Positions 58,231-63,063 of a DNA stretch of 63,063 nucleotides are shown here, one piece after another. The stretch comes from an uncultured Oscillospiraceae bacterium (GTDB lineage: Bacteria; Bacillota; Clostridia; Oscillospirales; Oscillospiraceae), in assembly GCA_964592685.1 (NCBI GenBank), contig CAZQFN010000001.1:1-63063 (forward strand). Direction: 5' to 3'. The notes under the pieces were generated by a model. It searched no databases and had not been told where the DNA came from. It saw nothing but the letters and a program-made list of their open reading frames with translations. The position numbers and the translations under genes were made by a program. Numbering within the stretch: position 1 is the first letter of the stretch; each line of letters begins with the position of its first letter.

Positions 58231-58782
58231 TTGAAAACTCTGCAAAACCGAAAATTCGCCGTCTTGATATTTATCATCATCGTCTTGGTATTTACGCTCA
58301 TCGGCAGCCATCGCAGTCTCTCCAAAGCCTGCAACCAGGTCGAGGTGGCATTTTTTGACAAAACCATAGACATCGGACAGTCCCGGCGCACATGCCCCGC
58401 CGAACAGCTGAATCTCGCCGTAAGTTACGCGAACCGCCTCCTGTCCATCGCAAAAGATGATGTGTCTGACGATGTCTATAACACCATACTGGAAAGCCGA
58501 AAGGCACTTCTGGTGGCATTGGAAGACCGGGACATTTCCGATGCATACGCTGCTCAGAACGAGCTTGCGCTGGCCATTTCCGCGCTGGACGGTCTTACGG
58601 TCACAAATAACTACGATGAATACGACACCGTGAGAAGCGATCTGTTCAGCGCATTGGAGCTCGCCGGAGAAGCCGGTTACAACGAATATGTGGATCAGTT
58701 TCAGCAGTCCACAATCGACCGCTTCCCCACCAACATTCTGGCTGCACTCACCGGCGTGGATATGCCGGAGAAATACGAATGA
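58231..58782 (+). CDS. Divergent LemA-like protein (N-terminal TM + helical bundle)
   Basis: 183 aa, TTG start after AAAGGTGAT. The C-terminal GYNEYVDQFQQSTIDRFPTNILAALTGV parallels the LemA YN..V..YN..I..FP.NI.A..FGF motif. The rest is divergent. Confidence 0.55.
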   Translation: MKTLQNRKFAVLIFIIIVLVFTLIGSHRSLSKACNQVEVAFFDKTIDIGQSRRTCPAEQLNLAVSYANRLLSIAKDDVSDDVYNTILESRKALLVALEDRDISDAYAAQNELALAISALDGLTVTNNYDEYDTVRSDLFSALELAGEAGYNEYVDQFQQSTIDRFPTNILAALTGVDMPEKYE

Positions 58783-58791
58783 GGTAATTTC

Positions 58792-59772
58792 ATGAAAACA
58801 AAGCGAATCCTTACATCCATGCTTCTGCTCACCCTGCTTCTGACCATTCCGGCCTTTGCCATCGAGCTGGAAGCAGGCACCGGCGAAGCGTTCTATGTCC
58901 AGGACACGGCGAATGTACTTTCCGCCGAAACCGAGGCGCAGATCGTTTCCTATAACGAAACACTGGAATCTCAGTGCAATAACGCCCAGCTGGTAGTCGT
59001 TACCGTAAGCTATCTGGACGAAGACTCTGACGTTGCCGCCCTGCAGCTGATGAACGATTGGGGCGTGGGCAGCGCCGAGGACTCCAATGGCATGCTTCTG
59101 CTTCTGGTTGCCAACGAATACCGGGGCTGGCTGGCCACCGGCGATGGCATCGACAGCGTATTCACTGATAAAACAGCCGATGAATATCTGAATGAATACT
59201 TCTGGAATTACATCGACAACAACCAGTACGATAAAGGCGTTCTTTCCCTTTGTTCCGCACTTTATGACTGGTATATCGATTATTACAACACATCCAATAC
59301 CGCTGCATATGCCCCTTCTGACAACAGCAGACCCGCAGAGCCCTATGCATATGAATACGAATACCACGCGGAAGGCGGTTCCGGCTTTGGCGGTATCCTG
59401 TTTTTCATACTCATTTTTGTCCTTATATGGATATTGAGCTCACTCAGCCATTACCGTCATATGCGCGGCTGGGGTTATACCGGTGCTTTCTGGCCCTTGC
59501 TTTGGTTCGGCGGCCCCCGTCTTTATAGAACCTGGCATCATCGTCACATCGGTCATCACCCTCATCACGGCGGCCCCGGTCATGGCCCGGGACACAGCCC
59601 AGGCCCCGGCCCCGGATACGGCGGCGGTTTTGGCGGCAGTCACCGCGGCGGCGGCTTTGGCGGTCACAGCAGCGGTGGCGGTGCCGGCCGTTCCGGCGGC
59701 GGTTTTGGCGGCGGCCCGCGCGGCGGCGGTGGCGGTGGCCACGGCGGCGGCGGTGGCGGCGGCAGACGCTGA
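58792..59772 (+). CDS. TPM-domain protein with TM segment and His/Gly-rich C-terminal tail
   Basis: Signal peptide and a TPM core (..VQDTANVLSAETEAQIVSYNETLESQCNNAQLVVVTV..NGMLLLLVANEYRGWLATGDGI..). Then TM GGILFFILIFVLIWIL and the tail HHPHHGGPGHGPG..GGGFGG..GGGGGGRR. Confidence 0.75.
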   Translation: MKTKRILTSMLLLTLLLTIPAFAIELEAGTGEAFYVQDTANVLSAETEAQIVSYNETLESQCNNAQLVVVTVSYLDEDSDVAALQLMNDWGVGSAEDSNGMLLLLVANEYRGWLATGDGIDSVFTDKTADEYLNEYFWNYIDNNQYDKGVLSLCSALYDWYIDYYNTSNTAAYAPSDNSRPAEPYAYEYEYHAEGGSGFGGILFFILIFVLIWILSSLSHYRHMRGWGYTGAFWPLLWFGGPRLYRTWHHRHIGHHPHHGGPGHGPGHSPGPGPGYGGGFGGSHRGGGFGGHSSGGGAGRSGGGFGGGPRGGGGGGHGGGGGGGRR

Positions 59773-59796
59773 CCCCTTACCACACTTCTTTATATG

Positions 59797-59828
59797 CAAA
59801 ACGCACGACGTTCTGTCGTGCGTTTTCT
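59797..59828. terminator. Bidirectional terminator between the TPM gene and the J-domain gene
   Basis: AAAACGCACGAC-loop-GTCGTGCGTTTT. Confidence 0.8.
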
Positions 59829-60326
59829 TTATGGCATCATTTCATATTCAAAAGGATGACCAGGCATTGAATAACTATATCCATAGTTTTCCGTCTGATA
59901 TCCATAATAATCATAGCCTGGCGCCGTGTAGTAATAGGCGTTATATCCGCCGAAAAGGATGCTCAGAATGAGACGCACAAGCAATATCGTGACAAAAACA
60001 GCCAGCATCATGCCGATAGGACTTGCTTTCGGCTTCCGATAATACTGTGCATAACTATGCGCTGCATTCCAGTAGGCCGCATAAGGTTCACGGTAGGTGC
60101 CATAGGGATTGTTCTGATATCCCTCATCCTGCTGCCAGGTTTCCCCGCGCTGGCGCATGGTTTTGATCCGGTCGTATGCCTGATTGATCTCTCCCATGCG
60201 GCGGGCGGCCGCTTCGTTTCCCGGATTCAGATCCGGATGATATTTCTTCGCAAGGCTTTTATAGGCCTTGGCGATTTCTTCATCCGTAGCCCCGGGCTTA
60301 ACGCCCAATGTATCGTATGGGTTCAT
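59829..60326 (-). CDS. J-domain protein with C-terminal TM helix
   Basis: [37 protein letters not shown] (HPD), a Gln/Tyr-rich linker, [26 protein letters not shown] and a Tyr-rich tail. Confidence 0.8.
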   Translation of the reverse strand: MNPYDTLGVKPGATDEEIAKAYKSLAKKYHPDLNPGNEAAARRMGEINQAYDRIKTMRQRGETWQQDEGYQNNPYGTYREPYAAYWNAAHSYAQYYRKPKASPIGMMLAVFVTILLVRLILSILFGGYNAYYYTAPGYDYYGYQTENYGYSYSMPGHPFEYEMMP

Positions 60327-60733
60327 GACTTGCGTTCAAAGCGGTTGCCGCACTTCCGGCAGGTAAGAAGAATTTTTCCCTTCCCCTTCGGCACGCGAAG
60401 CAGTGTACGGCAGGAGGGGCACCGGAAGAATTTATAGTCTTTCCGCTGAATCCAGCGATCTTTCAGGGAGCGGAACCAGGCAAAAAATGCTCTCTCCTTT
60501 TTGAGATACCATGCATTTTCCTTCTGGCGTTTATATATGTCCTTGGAAAGTATGCGATAGTAGCAATATACCAGAGAAACAATACTCAAGAGGGAGAATA
60601 TCGACTGAATAACACCGTTAAAAAACCAGGATAGAACGATGAGCGTCAGGGTCAGGATCAGAAGGAAGCGGGAAAACTGGTCCGTGCCGCAGCGACCATA
60701 CATAAACTGCGCGACTTTTTCTTTGAATTTCAT
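60323..60733 (-). CDS. Membrane protein with C-terminal zinc ribbon
   Basis: Start ATG 60733 ([14 protein letters not shown]..). Two TM helices, then [32 protein letters not shown] overlap with the J-domain gene. Confidence 0.65.
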   Translation of the reverse strand: MKFKEKVAQFMYGRCGTDQFSRFLLILTLTLIVLSWFFNGVIQSIFSLLSIVSLVYCYYRILSKDIYKRQKENAWYLKKERAFFAWFRSLKDRWIQRKDYKFFRCPSCRTLLRVPKGKGKILLTCRKCGNRFERKS

Positions 60734-60948
60734 TGGATCACCTGCAATTTGCTTATTTATACGCTTTAAGAATATACCAGTTTCACCGTTTTGTGTTGAA
60801 CAAACTGTGAATACATATCTCACTCTTACATTATAATGTATGGATTCGGCCCATCCTTTGATAGCAGGGGCCTTTTTGTATCAATTGAATAAGGAAAGAT
60901 CTTTACTTTTGCCGTTCTCACCCTTCGGGCAAAAGCATCAACAGGTTC

Positions 60949-62199
60949 TCAGCCCACAGCCGCAAATGTGGCATAGTCCATAGCTCCAAACTGAGTCACG
61001 AACATTTCAAACGGAAACGCATTCACATCCGCTCCAAAGCCAACGCTTTCAAGTTCCGCCAGCGCCATTGCCCGGGCGCTGTCATCGAAGGTGCCGTCTC
61101 CGACGCCGGAATAACCGGTCATATACTCCGAAAGATATACCTCATAGGCATTATACTGCCCTTCCGTGGCAGGCTGATCCGTGGCCGCAAGGACATTCTG
61201 CTGGTTTTCGGTGCCATCCGTGGCCGGGACGGACTCTGCCAACTCTTCCACTGCCGCAGCTTCCTCGATCACGTCAGCTGCCACGGTCGTCTCAGGTTCC
61301 ACAGAAGCAGCAGGTTCTTCGGATGCAGCCGCTTCATCGATGGTAGCTTCCGTCTCCGCCGACGAAGCCCCTGCAATAAGCACGCCAAAGAAAGACGTGA
61401 CATCCGCCGTAATACTGGCCACATCCGTCTCTTCATTATAGCTCAATTCCAGATCAAAGGCGGCCAGAAGCTCGCCGATCTGAAACATGTATGTATTACC
61501 GTCCACCAGCGCTGTTACAGGTACCACGGCATAATCCGTACCATTAATGCGGACGGTCACATCGAAACTGGTCTGCACAGGAGCTGTTTCCTCCGCAGAA
61601 GCTTCGCCGGAAGCATCCTTATTCTCGGACTCCTCCTCAGGCTCACCGGAAGCGTCCTTGTTCTCAGACTTCTCCTCAGGCTCGCCGGAAGCGTCCTTGT
61701 TCTCAGACTTTTCCTCGGGCTCGCCGGAAGCGTCCTTGTTCTCAGACTTTTCCTCGGGCTCGCCGGAAGCATCCTTGTTCTCAGACTTTTCCTCGGGCTC
61801 GCCGGAAGCGTCCTTGTTCTCAGACTTTTCCTCGGGCTCGCCGGAAGCATCCTTGTTCTCGGACTTTTCCTCGGGCTCGCCGGAAGCGTCCTTGTTCTCG
61901 GACTTTTCCTCAGGCTCGCCGGAAGCATTCTCTTCTTCTTCGCAGAGGACTGCCTTGAGATCCGCAAGCTTAACATACTCTTCGCCATTAAAAGTATACA
62001 CAGGAACGGTATACTCAACGCCCTCATACACAAAGGTTATGGTCTCAGCAGAGGTCTCTCCGGAAGCGCCAGACTCTGCAGCATTCACAACAGGCTCCGC
62101 AGAAGCTTCCCCGGAGGGTTCGCCGGAAGCATACGCACCTACCGCAAGCAGCAGGCACAAAGCCATAAGGACCGGGATGATTTTAATGAACTTTTTCAT
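60949..62199 (-). CDS. Secreted acidic protein with 13-aa tandem repeats and two beta-rich (copper-amine-oxidase-N-terminal-like) modules
   Basis: Signal peptide MKKFIKIIPVLMALCLLLAVGAYA and 8 x ASGEPEE(K/E)SENKD. Modules ITFVYEGVEYTVPVYTFNGEEYVKLADL and VTVRINGTDYAVVPVTALVDGNTYMFQIGELL. Confidence 0.75.
   Translation of the reverse strand: MKKFIKIIPVLMALCLLLAVGAYASGEPSGEASAEPVVNAAESGASGETSAETITFVYEGVEYTVPVYTFNGEEYVKLADLKAVLCEEEENASGEPEEKSENKDASGEPEEKSENKDASGEPEEKSENKDASGEPEEKSENKDASGEPEEKSENKDASGEPEEKSENKDASGEPEEKSENKDASGEPEEESENKDASGEASAEETAPVQTSFDVTVRINGTDYAVVPVTALVDGNTYMFQIGELLAAFDLELSYNEETDVASITADVTSFFGVLIAGASSAETEATIDEAAASEEPAASVEPETTVAADVIEEAAAVEELAESVPATDGTENQQNVLAATDQPATEGQYNAYEVYLSEYMTGYSGVGDGTFDDSARAMALAELESVGFGADVNAFPFEMFVTQFGAMDYATFAAVG
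61608..61919. repeat. Tandem repeat, 8 x 39 bp, in-frame within CDS 60949..62199
   Basis: Units start at 61608, 61647, 61686, 61725, 61764, 61803, 61842 and 61881. The plus-strand unit CGGAAGCGTCCTTGTTCTCAGACTTTTCCTCGGGCTCGC shows only a few substitutions between copies. Confidence 0.95.
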
Positions 62200-62572
62200 G
62201 GGTGAGTCTTTCCTTTCATAATCCGCAACGTTGTGGCATAATCTGATTTAACCAAATTATGTCAATCATACAGAACTTATTATATTATATAGACTGTCAC
62301 TTGTAAAGAGAAAACAAGAGCCTCATAACAGGAAATTTATCACTCTGGGGAAACACTCATGTTTTCCATGGCCAATTATCAAAAGCAAAAGCGTTACATT
62401 TCGGCAACAAACTCGGTTGCCATAAAAAGATTACACATAGTAATCCGTCATTCTGCACAAAAAAATTCCTACCAAATTACTACCGGAACTTTTCATGTTG
62501 AATTATGACTTAAATTGTATTAATATATCCCTCGTCAATATGACAACAATTAAAAAAAGGAGAAAAGACCCA

Positions 62573-63063
62573 ATGAAGAAGACCAGCAAGATTCTGTCCC
62601 TGGTACTGGCTCTGTGCATGGTGCTTTCCCTGAGCGCATTCGCCTCTGGTGAGCCCTCCGCCGAGCCCGCAGCTGCTGCAGCTACCGTTGCCGCTCCTGC
62701 GACCACCAACAGCTCTGATGTGGCCGACATGACCGCTTCCGAGTATGCTTACATCACCAACTACACCAACCGTGACAACACCGGTGAGATCTACATCGGC
62801 AACGACGTCACCGGCTCCGCTGAAATCGTTCTCGACGATACCGTTACCGGCGCTGCTTACACCGCTGTGTACGCTCACGGTGCTGACGCTGTCGCCAACG
62901 TCACCGGCGTCCTGGTTGCCACCGACGACACCGCCGGCGAGTACGCCAGCGACTTCAACGGCCAGGGCTCCATCCTCGTTGCCAACGACGGTGCTACCAT
63001 CAATGTTAACGACATGGAGATCTACACCGACGGCTTCGAGCGTTCCGCTATGATCGTTGCCGA
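62573..63063 (+). CDS. Secreted protein (partial; runs off the right edge), Thr/Asn/Asp/Gly-rich, possibly beta-helical
   Basis: Not in the track (no stop in the window). ATG 62573 follows AAAGGAG. The translation reads MKKTSKILSLVLALCMVLSLSAFASGEPSAEPAAAAATVAAP..ITNYTNRDNTGEIYIGNDVTGSAEIVLDDTVTG..ILVANDGATINVNDMEIYTDG.. Strong codon bias. Confidence 0.75.
   Translation, partial: MKKTSKILSLVLALCMVLSLSAFASGEPSAEPAAAAATVAAPATTNSSDVADMTASEYAYITNYTNRDNTGEIYIGNDVTGSAEIVLDDTVTGAAYTAVYAHGADAVANVTGVLVATDDTAGEYASDFNGQGSILVANDGATINVNDMEIYTDGFERSAMIVA

Noticed and set aside
59440-59971. Ala-rich ORFs 59440..59799 (-) and 59483..59971 (+)
   Set aside because: These are alternative-frame readings of the GGC-rich tract that encodes the Gly-rich tail of the TPM protein.
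60848-60877. Plus-strand terminator-like hairpin GGCCC..GGGCC + TTTTT with no plus-strand gene upstream
   Set aside because: It has a short 5-bp stem with a long loop, in an intergenic region between two minus-strand genes. This is insufficient to call a feature or an antisense transcript.
61608-61919. Regular 39-bp repeats, considered as a CRISPR array
   Set aside because: The units are contiguous with no unique spacers. They lie in-frame inside a signal-peptide-bearing ORF and encode a 13-aa acidic repeat. No cas genes are in the window.

Overview
By eye this is a GC-rich (high-50s %) chromosomal segment from a spore-forming Clostridia (Oscillospiraceae-like) genome, and most of it is core housekeeping. 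An all-minus-strand, tightly coupled gene train runs from a strong promoter at 18467-18495 to the left edge: cdaA-cdaR, a Cys-rich RseC/DUF5685/J-domain/TM block, yicC-remA-gmk-rpoZ-priA-def-fmt-rsmB-rlmN-stp-prkC-rsgA, a SipL-like gene and yebC. To the right lie ispDF, a spoVB-like flippase, coaX, nfnAB, murF, xerD, yajC-tgt-queA, a SpoIID-domain wall protein, asd-dapA, an FMN-riboswitch/ribU unit, a CUT2 sugar ABC transporter, tRNA-Val, a B12-riboswitch/DUF4430/ECF-S unit, an enoate-reductase-like flavoenzyme, hxlR plus an alanine symporter, rnj, recR, rpe, an xpaC-telA-lemA-TPM operon, a J-domain/zinc-ribbon membrane pair and two secreted proteins. I saw no CRISPR array, transposase, prophage or known defence system. 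The candidates worth a second look are: (1) an AT-rich, self-contained single-gene islet beside tRNA-Val that encodes an unrecognisable 261-aa protein; (2) the four-gene Cys-rich J-protein module grafted onto the c-di-AMP operon; (3) a recurring terminator whose 3' arm is the Shine-Dalgarno of a small downstream gene (three instances); (4) the four-gene envelope-stress operon with a convergent, lower-GC J-domain/zinc-ribbon pair; (5) a near-perfect 8 x 39 bp coding tandem repeat. All family names come from reading the translations and from memory of conserved motifs, and no searches were run. Many long ORFs in the track are antisense shadows typical of GC-rich DNA and were rejected.
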